From an uncultured Acidobacteriota bacterium (lineage in GTDB: Bacteria > Acidobacteriota > Thermoanaerobaculia > Multivoradales > UBA5704): a DNA stretch of 64,000 nt. Location of the stretch: positions 1,984,001-2,048,000 of the forward strand of contig CAVYRF010000002.1 in assembly GCA_963770895.1 (NCBI GenBank), written 5' to 3'. The notes beneath the pieces are model-generated. The model was given only the letters and a program-made list of their open reading frames with translations. It ran no database searches and was not told the DNA's origin. Made by a program: the position numbers and the translations under genes. Below are positions 17,101-55,487 of the stretch, in pieces. The stretch's first letter is position 1. Every line of letters starts with the position of its first letter.

Positions 17101-19194
17101 ATGACGAGGATGCCGAGATGCAGGCAGCGGCTGGCGCCGACGATGTGTGTTCTGGCCGTGCTGATGTCCTTTGCCGGGCTGCACGCCGGCGCCGCGCAGA
17201 CGCTCAAGCCGGTGGGTTCGCCGTTGACGCTGGCGGGGGCCGGCAACACCGCAACCGGCGGTACGGGGGGCATGGCCCTGGCGATCGCGGAGTCCGCGGT
17301 TGACGGATCGTTCGAGCTCGCGACCTTGCAAGCGGAGAACATCTTCTTGCAACTGGACTTCAACATCGAAACGATCCACTACGGCAGCAACGGTCAGGCG
17401 AGTGCCGGCGTGTCCCCCAACCTGATGCTGGGCTCCGGCGCCAGCGTGACCTTCCCTGCCGTCGCCGCGCTGGCGGGGGGAGGTTTTGTCACCGCATGGG
17501 TTAACTCGCCGCCGTTCTTCGAACTCCTGGGCGGCAAGCAGCCGGTCGAGCCGAGCGCGCAGCCCCGCACCGCCGGCGACCTGGAGACGGTGGCGGCACG
17601 CCTGCTCGACAGCACCGGCCAGCCGGTGGGCACCGAGATCCAGGTCAGCCCCGGCAGCGAGACGGCAGACCAGGTACAGGTTGCGGCACTCAGTTCCGGC
17701 GGCTTCGTGGCCACCTGGTTCTCGGGGTCCGACGTTCCGGTCGCCCTGTCGGCGGAGCTGTTCGACGCCGCCGGAGAGCCCATGACCGGGGAGATCCCCA
17801 TCGCCTCCATCGGGCGCATGATCGGCGTCACCGGACTGGGCGACGGCGGCTTCGTCGTCGCCTGGGGCGGCGTGGGCGGCGGCGGTCTGTTTTGGCAACG
17901 CTTCAATGCCGCCGGCACCGCGCTGGCGCCGCCCGTCCGGGTTACTTTCACCGATGCCGGCGGGCCGGCCTTCGTGGCGGCAAATCCGGCGGGCCAGGTG
18001 GCCCTGAGCTGGATGACCACCGATCCGAGCGTGCAACCGATCGGCTCTGTCCTGGTGGAGCTGTTCGGAACCGACGGCTCCGCGCTGGGGCCGCCGGTCA
18101 CGGTGGTTACGTCCAACCCGCTCGGCAGCCAGGCGAGCAACCCGGTGCTCGGCGGCCTGGCCGTCGATCTGCAGGGGCAGGCGCTGGTGGCGTGGAGCGT
18201 GAGCGCGAGCGGTGTCACCACCACCGGCAGGGCGCAGCTGGTCGATGCGACCGGAGCGATCGTGGGTGCACCGGTTCCGATCGGTACCAGTGGTTCCGAG
18301 GTGGTGCAGCAGGTGGTGGCGCAAAGCGACGGCAGCTGGAACGTCCTGTGGACGGACTACGTCAACGCCTACGTGCAGACGTTGAGCAGCGCCAGCTGTT
18401 CGCCGAGCGCGACCAGCCTCTGCCTGGACGACAACCGCTTCCGCTTCGACGTGCAGTTCATCAATCCGCTGAGCGGCGGCGGCACCGGCATCGGCAATCC
18501 GGTACCGCTGGCCGCGGACACCGGCGCGCTGTGGTTCTTCGATCCCGCGGTGCCCGAGCTGGTCGCCAAAGTGATCGACGGCACCGCGGTCAACGGCCAC
18601 TTCTGGGTGTTCTTCGCCTCCCTGACCAACGTCGAGTTCGACCTCACGGTGACCGACACCCAGACCGGTGCCGTGCGGGTGTACCACAATTCCGCGGGCA
18701 CCTTGGCGAGCGTGGCCGACACCGCGTTTCCCACCGCTCCCGCTGCGAACCCCGCCCTCCATGCCGCCGCCCAACCGGCCGCGGCCCGGCGTGCAATGCC
18801 CGCCGCTGCACCGGGCGCGGTCAGCTCGGCCGCGACGCCCGCGCTGATTGTCCCGTCGCCGGTCTGCAACAGCACCGGCCAGCAGCTCTGCCTGCTGGGG
18901 AGCCAATACGCCGTCACCGTGACCTTTGACGAGACCGCCGCCAGCCCGTCCACGGGCCAGGCAGTGCAGCTGTCGGCCGACGGCGGCTACTACTGGTTCT
19001 TCGGTCCGGACGACGCCGAGCTGGCGGTCAAGATGCTGGATGGAACCGCGGTCAACGGCCACATCTGGGTGTTCTACGCTTCGCTGACCAACGTCGAGTT
19101 CGACCTGACCATCACCAACACCTCCGGAGCTACCCGCAAGTACCACAACGCCGCGGGCACTCTGGCCAGCGTCGCCGACACCAGCGCGTTCTAG
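17101..19194 (+). CDS. Secreted repeat protein with a duplicated C-terminal beta-domain
   Basis: Signal-peptide-like N-terminus, VAALxxGGFVxxW repeats, and two copies of LCL...WFF...EL..K..DGTAVNGH.WVF.ASLTNVEFDLT. Confidence 0.8.
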   Translation: MTRMPRCRQRLAPTMCVLAVLMSFAGLHAGAAQTLKPVGSPLTLAGAGNTATGGTGGMALAIAESAVDGSFELATLQAENIFLQLDFNIETIHYGSNGQASAGVSPNLMLGSGASVTFPAVAALAGGGFVTAWVNSPPFFELLGGKQPVEPSAQPRTAGDLETVAARLLDSTGQPVGTEIQVSPGSETADQVQVAALSSGGFVATWFSGSDVPVALSAELFDAAGEPMTGEIPIASIGRMIGVTGLGDGGFVVAWGGVGGGGLFWQRFNAAGTALAPPVRVTFTDAGGPAFVAANPAGQVALSWMTTDPSVQPIGSVLVELFGTDGSALGPPVTVVTSNPLGSQASNPVLGGLAVDLQGQALVAWSVSASGVTTTGRAQLVDATGAIVGAPVPIGTSGSEVVQQVVAQSDGSWNVLWTDYVNAYVQTLSSASCSPSATSLCLDDNRFRFDVQFINPLSGGGTGIGNPVPLAADTGALWFFDPAVPELVAKVIDGTAVNGHFWVFFASLTNVEFDLTVTDTQTGAVRVYHNSAGTLASVADTAFPTAPAANPALHAAAQPAAARRAMPAAAPGAVSSAATPALIVPSPVCNSTGQQLCLLGSQYAVTVTFDETAASPSTGQAVQLSADGGYYWFFGPDDAELAVKMLDGTAVNGHIWVFYASLTNVEFDLTITNTSGATRKYHNAAGTLASVADTSAF

Positions 19195-19224
19195 TCAGCC
19201 GCCCCGCAGTCCCGCTACAACCCG

Positions 19225-19259
19225 ACGGCCCGCGCCAGTTGCCAAGGCGCGGGCCGTTT
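19225..19259. terminator. Hairpin between convergent genes
   Basis: ACGGCCCGCGCC-9 nt-GGCGCGGGCCGT followed by TT. Confidence 0.65.
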
Positions 19260-19284
19260 GCCGCCACTGCCGGTCGCCAGGCGG

Positions 19285-20799
19285 CTAGCGCAGGTAGCCC
19301 AGGGAGCGCAGGTGCTCGCGGTCGTCGGAGGTCAGGTGGGCGGTGGCGTCGGGCTGGGCCAGCTGCAGGTTGTGGCGGGCTTGCAGGTCGCGGTTGCGGG
19401 CGGCCTGGTAGGCGGCGTAGAGGGATGCGCCCGCGGCGGGGTGGGCGGCCAGGATGTTGGTGGTTTCGCCGGGATCGTGCTGCAGGTCGAAGAGCTGGAC
19501 CGGGCCGCCGGCGGTGACGAACAGCGAGCGGTCGGGGGTGCGCAGCTTTTCCAGGGCGCCGGCGATGTAGACCCAGGGGCGGGGTTTGGCGTTGCGCTCG
19601 CCGGCGAGCAGCGGCACCAGGTTCTGGCCCATGGTGTCGCGATTGGGGGCGATGCCGACCGCGCCCAGGATGGTCGGCATGACTTCGAGGGTCGACACCA
19701 GGGCGGCGATGCGGCGGCCGCCGAAGCGGCCGTGCGGAAAGCGGATCAGCAGGGGGACGCGGGCGACCTCTTCGTGGTTCTGCTCGTGCAGGAAGAGGCC
19801 GTGCTCGGCAAACTCCTCGCCGTGATCGGCGGTCAACACGATCACGGTGCGGTCCCACAGGCCGCGGGCTTTGAGCTGGTCGAACAGGCGCCCCAGGGCC
19901 GCGTCGGTGTATGCGACGCCACCGTCGTATAGATCCTCGATGTAGGAGATCTCGGCGCGGCTGAATACGTTGCCGGCCGGCCGTTTGCCGGCTTCGACGT
20001 CGCGGTTGACGGCGGCGAGCAACCGGCTGGCGCAGAGGCCGTCGCGGCAGCCGTCGAAGCGCGTGCCGGCGGTGGCGGCAAAACGGCGGTTCCAGGCCGC
20101 GCCATGGTCGTAAGGCAGCTTGTTGAATCCCGAGTGGACGTCGTAGGTGTGCAGGAAGACAAAGAACCTGCCGTACGGCCGGGAGTCCAGCCAGTCGTAG
20201 AGCTTGGGCAGCTCGGTGCGCAAGCCGCCGCCGCTTTCGTCGAAGGCGTCGAAGCCGCGTGCCAGGCCGAAGCTGGCGCTCACGTACCCGCCGCCGGTCA
20301 GGGCGTGGGTCCGGTAGCCGGCGTCGCGAAGCTGCTCGGCCAGGGTGATGCGCCGGCTGTCGAGCGCCTTGCCGTTGTCCGCCCAGACTCCGTGGACCGT
20401 CGGCGGCAGGGAGGTGAACATGGAGGCGTGGATGGGGAGCGTCCCGCCGCCGGTGTTGATGCACGGATCGAAGACGACCGCTTGGCGCGCAAAGCGGTCG
20501 ATGTTGGGGCTGGTCGCACGATCGTAGCCGTAGACCTGGAGGTGGTCGGCGCGCAGCGTATCGACCGAGATCAGCAGCACGTTGCAGCCGGGGCAGGGGC
20601 TGGCGAGCAGCGCGGGGGCGCGGGCAGTGTGCGGCGCACCGTGGCAGGCGAAGCCGGCGCCCGCCAGGACAACCAGCCAGACCGCCGCGGCGACGGCGCG
20701 CCAGACCGGCCGGCGTGGCGCAACGCGACCGGGGGCCGCTTGGGTGGCGATGGCAGCCTCCCGCGGCGCCGGTTTTGAGCTGACCGCTTGTCGCAACAT
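19285..20799 (-). CDS. Membrane-anchored or exported sulfatase-like hydrolase/transferase
   Basis: NVLLISVDTLRADHL, FLHTYDVH, TADHGEEF and C-terminal LRSLGYL; Thr lies where the CxPxR Cys would be. Confidence 0.85.
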   Translation of the reverse strand: MLRQAVSSKPAPREAAIATQAAPGRVAPRRPVWRAVAAAVWLVVLAGAGFACHGAPHTARAPALLASPCPGCNVLLISVDTLRADHLQVYGYDRATSPNIDRFARQAVVFDPCINTGGGTLPIHASMFTSLPPTVHGVWADNGKALDSRRITLAEQLRDAGYRTHALTGGGYVSASFGLARGFDAFDESGGGLRTELPKLYDWLDSRPYGRFFVFLHTYDVHSGFNKLPYDHGAAWNRRFAATAGTRFDGCRDGLCASRLLAAVNRDVEAGKRPAGNVFSRAEISYIEDLYDGGVAYTDAALGRLFDQLKARGLWDRTVIVLTADHGEEFAEHGLFLHEQNHEEVARVPLLIRFPHGRFGGRRIAALVSTLEVMPTILGAVGIAPNRDTMGQNLVPLLAGERNAKPRPWVYIAGALEKLRTPDRSLFVTAGGPVQLFDLQHDPGETTNILAAHPAAGASLYAAYQAARNRDLQARHNLQLAQPDATAHLTSDDREHLRSLGYLR

Positions 20800-20914
20800 G
20801 AAACCGGGATCTTACGCCAACGCCCGGCACCCAGTACCTGCCGTCGGCAAGCGGCGCAAGCGGTGGCGCCGCCGATCAGGGCGTGGCGTCCGGTGTGTAG
20901 CCGCGGCCGAAGGG

Positions 20915-47653
<26,739 letters not shown>

Positions 47654-47794
47654 GGGAGGAAGCGCTTGTCGCGTGCGGAATCCAAAGCGGTGTGGCCCTC
47701 GGCGCAGAGGGCAACGAAAAAACTATAGCGAATGGTTTTCCATACAGGTGCGTCCTCAATCAGGGAGCACGCGTCACCTGCACTGGCGGATGCG

Positions 47795-48484
47795 TCACTT
47801 CTTGGCGAGGTCTTCGATCGCGGCCAGCCGCTCGGCGGCGTTGGCCGGCAGCGGCTCGATCAGCTGGCAGCGGCCGCCGGCGACGGTCAGCACGCGCGCG
47901 GCGCTGGCGGCGAACGGCTCCAGGTCGTGCGAGGCGATCAGCGCCACGGCGCCGGCGGCCAGGCGCTCCGCCAGCCAGGCCAGCAGATCGGCGCGCGAGC
48001 CCAGGTCCAGGGCTTCCAGCGGTTCGTCGAGCAGCAGGTGGCGCGGCGTGCCGATGAGCGCCGCGGCCAGCACGGCCTTGCGGCGCTGGCCCATCGACAG
48101 CTCGCGCACCGAGCGCTGCGCCTGCCCCTGCAAGCCGACAAAGGCCAGCGCCTGGGCGGCGCTCCCGGCGGGCTCGCCACGCAGGTCGCAGACCAGGCGC
48201 AGGATCTCCGCGACGGTGGCGTACGGCGTCAGGTCGGGCTGCTCGGGCACGTAGGCCAGCTGGCGCCGCGCCGCGACTTCCGCCGTCCACAGGTCGTGGC
48301 CGTCCACCTCGATGCTGCCGGCGTCGGGCCGCTCGATGCCCGCAGCCAGCTTGAGCAGCGTGCTCTTGCCGCAGCCGTTGCGCCCCACCAGCAGCGTCAA
48401 GCCCGGCTGCAGGTCCAGGTCGACCGCCGCCACCACGGCTTCCCGCGGCCGGTAGGAGAACGCCACCTGGCGGAACGAGATCAC
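47795..48484 (-). CDS. ABC transporter ATP-binding protein
   Basis: GRNGCGKST, LSMGQ and LLLDEP motifs. Confidence 0.93.
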   Translation of the reverse strand: MISFRQVAFSYRPREAVVAAVDLDLQPGLTLLVGRNGCGKSTLLKLAAGIERPDAGSIEVDGHDLWTAEVAARRQLAYVPEQPDLTPYATVAEILRLVCDLRGEPAGSAAQALAFVGLQGQAQRSVRELSMGQRRKAVLAAALIGTPRHLLLDEPLEALDLGSRADLLAWLAERLAAGAVALIASHDLEPFAASAARVLTVAGGRCQLIEPLPANAAERLAAIEDLAKK

Positions 48485-50886
48485 GGCGCGCCGGCGTCCC
48501 TGTCCAATCGTTCAGAAAGGTTTTCTTTGCTGCGCCGCCGCCGCGTCCAGCGCACCCCGCCGGTGACCAGCGCCGCCAGCGCGCCGGTCGCCGCCAGCAT
48601 CAGGCCGCGGCGGTAGCCTTGCGGCCGGTAGCGCAGGCGCACCGTGCTGGCGCCCGGCTGGACGCGGAAGCCCAGGAAGCCGCCGTTGACTTCGATCGCT
48701 TCGCTGCGCCGGCCGCCGCTGTCGACCTGCCAGTCCTGGGCGTAGCTGACGCTGCCCACCACCACGCCGCCGGTCGGCGTCGCGACGTCCATGTCGAAGC
48801 CGTCGCCGCGCGGCCGGATGGCGCGCACCTCGCCTTGCTGCTCGGGGATGTCCGCCGCCGTGGCGGTGGTCCAGCCGACGGCGCGAAAGTCGTCGCCGTG
48901 CATCGCCTGCCACTGCTCGCTGGCCAGGTCGTCCTGCCGGCTGATCTCCCGCGGCATGAAGAACAGCGGCAGCGCCTGCGGGTTTTGCCATACCCTGCCG
49001 CCGCCGCCTTCGAAGACCAGCCGCCAGGGCGGCGGCATGGCGCGCTCGTGCGACGTCTCCAGGTACCGCACGGCCAGAAAGTCGTGTGCCGCCTGGTCGA
49101 GCTGCCCCAGTGAGTCGCCGATGTTCTGATAGAAGCGGCGGCGGTGACCCAGCCACCACCCGGCCATGCGGGCGGCGTCCTCGGGGCGCATGGGGTCGTA
49201 GCCGCGCGGGTCCCACAGGCCGTAGAGCGCGCCCAGATTTGCCGGCAGATCGAAGTCTTCGCACGCCACCCGGTACGGACCCTCCCCGGCAGCCGCCGCC
49301 TCGCGGCCGCGCGCCATCAGCCAGGCGACGGTCGGCGGCGGCGCCAGGTCCAGCCGCGCCGGCACCGCGGGGTGGTAGCGCACGCCCAGCAGGAAGAGAT
49401 CCAACGTGACCGCCACCACCACCGCCGGCGCGAACGCCGGCCGCAGGCGCGGCACGAGCAGCGCGGCCATCGCCGCCGCCGCCCCCGCCAGGGTGGCGAT
49501 CCACCAGGCGCGCGGCCAGGCGAAGCCGCCCGGCGGCGGCAGCGCCGCCAGGCCGCAGCCGGCGGCGGCGATGGCCGCCGCGGCGACGCCGCGCGCCACC
49601 GCGTCGCGCCCGATCCGCTCCAGCGCCAGACCGGCGGCGAGCGCCAGCGCCAGCACCCAGAATTCGCGCAGCCGCCCGTGCGCCCCCGGCCCGATCACCG
49701 GCAGCGCCAGCATCAGGTTGAAGAACGGCGGCACCCGCAGCGCCACCAGCAGCGCCGCCGCCCCCCCCAGCACCAGCACCAGCAGGCGCCCGCGCAACGC
49801 CACCGCGGCGGCGAGCGCCAGCGCCAGCACCAGCAGCCCGCCGTAGCCGGTGCAGATCTCGTTGAAGCTCCACTTGAGGCTGTAGTTGCCGTCCGGCGGG
49901 CTGCCCAGGGCCAGCGGCGCCAAAACCGGCGGCAGGAAGCTGGCCGCGAACGGCGGCGGCTGGAAGTTTTCGGGCGAGCGCGCCAGCGCCGCGCCGCGCA
50001 CGCTGGCCGGAATGGTGCGCGCCAGCGGCAGCAGCGCCGGCGCCGCCAGCGCCGCGGCGAGCGCCGCGGCCGCCAGCAGGCTGCCGGCGAAGCGCAGCCG
50101 CCCCGGCCGCGGCCGCGCCAGGGCGGCCGCGGCGACGACCGCTGCGACGATGCCGGCGTGCGCCATGCTTTCGGGGTGGCCGGACAGCGCGAGCCCCAGG
50201 GCGCACACCACCAGCCCGCTCCAGCCGCGCGGTACCGCGTCGCGCACCAGCAGGATGCCGAGCAGCAGCCCGGGCACGAAAGCGGCGGCCATGCCGGGGG
50301 TGTCGTAGATCCAGACCACCGCGTAGGTCGACAGGCCGGCCGCCACCGCGCCCAGCGCCGCCCCCCACCGCCCCGCCCCCAGCCGCAGCAGCAGCGCGTG
50401 CATGGTCAGCAGCCCGAGCAGGATCTGCCAGGCGCCGGCCACGGTCAGCGCCCGCAGCGTCGGCAGCGGCAGGGCCAGCAGGTGCAGCGGCGCGAACGGC
50501 GCCGACTGGCCGTTGCCGAGCAGCGGCTGGCCGGTGCCCAGCTCGTGCGACCACAGCGGCACCTGGCCCGCCAGCAGGCGCTGCCGCACCAGGAAGTGGA
50601 ACGGCAGCTGCTCGAGCAGCGTGTCGGCCTGGAAGTAGTTGTGCGGTTGGTCGGCGACGCCGGCCGGCGCCGCGACGTCGGCGAACGGCAGCCAGTCGTA
50701 GGCCAGGTCGGTCGGCACCTGCAGCGCGCCGGTCAGCAGCGGTTGCGCAAAAAAGGCGGTGGTGAGCGCCACGTAGGCGAGCGCGGCGCGGCGCGGCAGG
50801 CCCGGCCGCCACCACCAGCGGACGCCCGCCGCCAGCAGGGCGCAACCGGCGAAAAAGACGGCCAGGGCGGCGGCGGGGGAGGACAT
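48481..50886 (-). CDS. YfhO-like polytopic membrane protein (GT-C type)
   Basis: GQVPLWS...GQPLLGNGQSAPFAP, LSGHPES, DPRGYDPM and C-terminal VRLRYRP; many TM segments. Confidence 0.8.
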   Translation of the reverse strand: MSSPAAALAVFFAGCALLAAGVRWWWRPGLPRRAALAYVALTTAFFAQPLLTGALQVPTDLAYDWLPFADVAAPAGVADQPHNYFQADTLLEQLPFHFLVRQRLLAGQVPLWSHELGTGQPLLGNGQSAPFAPLHLLALPLPTLRALTVAGAWQILLGLLTMHALLLRLGAGRWGAALGAVAAGLSTYAVVWIYDTPGMAAAFVPGLLLGILLVRDAVPRGWSGLVVCALGLALSGHPESMAHAGIVAAVVAAAALARPRPGRLRFAGSLLAAAALAAALAAPALLPLARTIPASVRGAALARSPENFQPPPFAASFLPPVLAPLALGSPPDGNYSLKWSFNEICTGYGGLLVLALALAAAVALRGRLLVLVLGGAAALLVALRVPPFFNLMLALPVIGPGAHGRLREFWVLALALAAGLALERIGRDAVARGVAAAAIAAAGCGLAALPPPGGFAWPRAWWIATLAGAAAAMAALLVPRLRPAFAPAVVVAVTLDLFLLGVRYHPAVPARLDLAPPPTVAWLMARGREAAAAGEGPYRVACEDFDLPANLGALYGLWDPRGYDPMRPEDAARMAGWWLGHRRRFYQNIGDSLGQLDQAAHDFLAVRYLETSHERAMPPPWRLVFEGGGGRVWQNPQALPLFFMPREISRQDDLASEQWQAMHGDDFRAVGWTTATAADIPEQQGEVRAIRPRGDGFDMDVATPTGGVVVGSVSYAQDWQVDSGGRRSEAIEVNGGFLGFRVQPGASTVRLRYRPQGYRRGLMLAATGALAALVTGGVRWTRRRRSKENLSERLDRDAGAP

Positions 50887-50981
50887 GGGGAGCGGTCGAC
50901 GGAGGCGGGAGCAGTGCTAGTATACGCAGCGTTCGCCGACACCACGACCTGGGTAGCTCATCGGGTGTCAGGGCCACTGCC

Positions 50982-52078
<1,097 letters not shown>

Positions 52079-52082
<4 letters not shown>

Positions 52083-52780
52083 TCTCGGTCGTCCTCCCCA
52101 CCTACAACGAGCGTGACGGGATCGCGGAGCTGGCGGCGGAGATCCTGACGGTCGCCCGCCGGGCTCAGCTGGACCTGGAAGTGCTGGTGATCGACGACGA
52201 TTCGCCGGACGGCACGGCGGCGCACGTCGAAGAGACCTTTGCCGCCGATCCGGCGGTGCGGGTGGTGGTGCGGCGCGGCGAACGCGGGCTGGCCAGCGCC
52301 ATCCTGCGCGGCTTTCGCGAGGCGCGCGGCGAAACCCTGGTGGTGATGGACTCGGACGGCAACCACGACCCCGCGCTGGTGCCGCTGATGGTGCGCTGCG
52401 CCGAAGATTTCGACGTGGTGATCGGCTCGCGCTACGTGCTGGGCGGCGGCATGCTCACTTCGGCCTTTCGCTATTGGGCTTCCTACGGATTCAACGTCTT
52501 CATCCGCATCGTGCTGGCGCAGCGCATCCACGACAGCCTGTCGGGATACCTGGCCTTCCGCCGCGGCCTGCTCGACCGGCTGCCGGTCGCCACCATCTTC
52601 TACGGCTACGGCGACTACGCCATCCGGCTGCTCTGGCACGTGGTGCGCGGCGGCGGGCGGGTGCTTGAGATCCCGACGGTGTATCGCTTTCGCCTGGGCG
52701 GCGAATCGAAAACCCGCTTCCTCGCCTACTTCTGGACCTACATCGCCTCGGTGTTCCGGCTGCGCCTGGTCCATCGCTGA
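52079..52780 (+). CDS. GT2 polyprenol-phosphate glycosyltransferase
   Basis: ISVVLPTYNE, IDDDSPDGT, MDSDGNHDP, GSRY and GESK. Confidence 0.9.
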
Positions 52781-54627
52781 TGAAGCAGGGGAGGGCCGGC
52801 GGCAGCCGGTGGCCGCAGGGTGTCGAATGGGGAGCGGCGGTGCTGCTGTCGCTCCTGGCGCTGTGGATGCACGCCGCGCGCGTCGTGTTCGCGGGCGGCC
52901 TGTGGCGCGACGAAACGGCGGCCCTGCGGCTGGCCACCCTGCCGTCGCTGGGCGAGGTGTGGCGCCTCTTCCCGCACGAGGCCTTTCCCATGGTGGTGCC
53001 GATCGGGTTGCGGCTCTTCGTCGCGGCCTGCGGCCAGGGCGATCACGTCCTGCGCCTGCTCGGCTCGGGGGTCGGGTTGGCGATCGTCGCCGCCCTGTGG
53101 GTGAGCGCGCACACGAGCGCCCGCACGCCGCCGCTCGCCGGCCTGGCGCTGCTGGTCCCCAACGCGGCGTTTGTCGTCTTCGGCGACGAGCTGCGCGGCT
53201 ACGGCCTGGGAAGCCTCTTCATCGTGCTCAGCTTTGCCGCCCTGGCGCGCCTGCTCGATCGTCCCAGCCCGTGGGCGGCGGCGGCCGCGCTGGTCGCCGT
53301 GCTGGGCTCGGTGCACACGCTGCTCGCCAACACCGCGCTGGTCGGCGCGCTGTGCGGCGCGGCGATCCTGACCGCACTGCTGTACGGCCGGCGGCGCCTG
53401 GCCTGGGCGGTTTTCGCGATCGGCTTCGCGGCGGCGGTGTCGCTGCTCCCCTATGCCGCGCCGCTGGCGGGGGCGCGTTCGTGGGACGTGGTGGTGGTCT
53501 ATCCGGAGCAGATCGTCCACCTGGCGGCGGTCCTGGGCGCCAGCACCGGCCCCGGCCCGGCGCGCGCGATCTGGCTGACGTTCGGGATGGTCGGCGCGGG
53601 CGGCGTTCTCTGGCTGCTGCTCCGCCGCCGCATGCTTGCGCTGCGCGCGGCCCAGGCAACGCCGCCCGCGGTCACCCCCGCGTGGCGTCCGGCGGCCGGC
53701 GACGCGCTGCAGATCTTCGGCGCCCTCACCGCGGTGTTCGCCCTGGCTGCCCAGCTGCTCTTCCTGAAAGTGCTCAGCTATTCGCCGCGCGCCTGGTACT
53801 ACCTGCCGCTCATGGCGCTGGGCGCCGCGGCGCTCGAACCCGCCATCGCCGGGTGCTGCCGCAGCGCCGGCCTCCGCGGCGTGCGGGCCGGCATCTGCCT
53901 TGTCTGCGCCGCGCTGCTGCTGCCGGGGGCGCTGCCGCGGCTGCCGACGCGGATGACCAACATGGACCTGGTCGCCCAGCGCATCGCGGCGCTGGCGGCC
54001 CCCGACGACCTGGTGGTGGTCAGCCCCTGGTACAACGGCATCAGCTTTTCGCGCTACTACCCGCGGCAACCGGCGCCGCCGGCCAGCCAGGTGGCGCTCG
54101 CCGAGCCGGGGGAGGCGGCAAACGTCGCGCGTCAGGCGGGGCTGGGGCTGGGTGGGCGCCAGGTGCCGGCCTGGATCACCCTGCCCGAGATTCCCGACTA
54201 CCGCATCCATCGCTACGACCTGCTGATCCCGCGGCTGGCCGCGCAGCATCCGATCGACGACGTGCTGGACAGCGTGCGCCGCTGTCTGGCCGGCGGCCAC
54301 CGGGTGTGGCTGGTCGGCGACCTGTGGCTGCCGGCGCCGGGCACGTCGATGGACCCGCTGCCGCCGGCGCCGGGCGGCGCGCCGGGTTGGCACGACTTCC
54401 CCTACATCAAGCTATGGATCTTTCAGCTGGGGCGATACCTGGAGGCGCACGCCGCTTCGTTCCGGATGGTGGAAGTGCCGGCGCCGTCGCTGGTCAGCCC
54501 GCTGGAAGCCGGCGTGCTGATGGAGGTTTCGGGCTGGCACGAGACGCCGGCGACGCCATCCGCGCCGGTCACGCCGTCCGTGCCGGCCCCGGCGCTGCCC
54601 GCCGCCGGCGTCGTTTCAGGCTTCTGA
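52780..54627 (+). CDS. Polytopic membrane protein, probable GT-C glycosyltransferase
   Basis: GLWRDE loop after TM1, ELRGYGL motif, many TM helices; operonic with the GT2 gene. Confidence 0.7.
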   Translation: MKQGRAGGSRWPQGVEWGAAVLLSLLALWMHAARVVFAGGLWRDETAALRLATLPSLGEVWRLFPHEAFPMVVPIGLRLFVAACGQGDHVLRLLGSGVGLAIVAALWVSAHTSARTPPLAGLALLVPNAAFVVFGDELRGYGLGSLFIVLSFAALARLLDRPSPWAAAAALVAVLGSVHTLLANTALVGALCGAAILTALLYGRRRLAWAVFAIGFAAAVSLLPYAAPLAGARSWDVVVVYPEQIVHLAAVLGASTGPGPARAIWLTFGMVGAGGVLWLLLRRRMLALRAAQATPPAVTPAWRPAAGDALQIFGALTAVFALAAQLLFLKVLSYSPRAWYYLPLMALGAAALEPAIAGCCRSAGLRGVRAGICLVCAALLLPGALPRLPTRMTNMDLVAQRIAALAAPDDLVVVSPWYNGISFSRYYPRQPAPPASQVALAEPGEAANVARQAGLGLGGRQVPAWITLPEIPDYRIHRYDLLIPRLAAQHPIDDVLDSVRRCLAGGHRVWLVGDLWLPAPGTSMDPLPPAPGGAPGWHDFPYIKLWIFQLGRYLEAHAASFRMVEVPAPSLVSPLEAGVLMEVSGWHETPATPSAPVTPSVPAPALPAAGVVSGF

Positions 54628-55404
54628 GCCGAACAGCCGGCGCAGGGTCGCCTGGATGGCCAGCGCCGCCTGGCGCGGATCGGGCGCCTGGCGGATCGGC
54701 CGGCCGACGACGATGTAGTCGGCGCCGTCCAGGAAGGCGCTCTCCACCGTCGCCACCCGCTTCTGGTCGTCCGCCGGCCGGTTTTCAACCGGGCGGATGC
54801 CGGGGGTCACGATCAGCATGCGGTCGCCGAGGCTTTCGCGCAGCGGCCGCGCCTCCAGCCCCGACGAGATCACCCCGTCGCAGCCCAGCTCCAGGGCGCG
54901 CCGGGCGCGCGACAGCACCAGCTGCGGCACGTCCACCGCGAACCCCAGGTCGCGCAGGTCGCCGGCGTCCAGGCTGGTGAGCACGGTGACGGCGAGCACC
55001 TTGAGGTCGCCCTTGTCGCTGCACGCCGCTTCCAGGATGCCGTCGTTGCCGTGCACCGTGGTGAAGGTGATGGGGTGGTTGCGCAGCCGCCGCACCGCCG
55101 CGCGCACCGTTTCAGGGACGTCGAACAGCTTCAAATCGGCGAACACCTTGTTGCCGCGCTCGGTCAGCCAGTCGATCAGCTCGAAGTACCCGCCGGCGGT
55201 GAACAGCTCCAGGCCGACCTTGTAGAAGCGCACCGCGTCGCCCAACTGGCCGACCAGCTGGCGGGCGGCCTGCGCGTCGGGCACGTCCAGGGCAAAGATC
55301 AGCCGCTCCTCGGGCGGGATCGGCTTGGCGGACAGCAGGGGCGTGGCGGAGGCGGCAGGCGCGGTGGGTGAGTCAGGCGGCGCGGCGGCGGTCGAATCGC
55401 TCAA
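54616..55404 (-). CDS. pyrF: Orotidine-5'-phosphate decarboxylase
   Basis: LIFALDV, YKVGLEL, FADLKLFDVPETV, VTVLTS, VTPGIRP and IVVGRPI; probable TTG start with RBS AAGGGAG. Confidence 0.95.
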   Translation of the reverse strand: MSDSTAAAPPDSPTAPAASATPLLSAKPIPPEERLIFALDVPDAQAARQLVGQLGDAVRFYKVGLELFTAGGYFELIDWLTERGNKVFADLKLFDVPETVRAAVRRLRNHPITFTTVHGNDGILEAACSDKGDLKVLAVTVLTSLDAGDLRDLGFAVDVPQLVLSRARRALELGCDGVISSGLEARPLRESLGDRMLIVTPGIRPVENRPADDQKRVATVESAFLDGADYIVVGRPIRQAPDPRQAALAIQATLRRLFGSEA

Positions 55405-55487
55405 GCGGGGCTCCCTTGGAAGGTGGGGGCGGCGCGCGCGCAGCACGCCCGTGCCGCCGGCGCCAGTGTCTCATAAGATGGAGCGCC

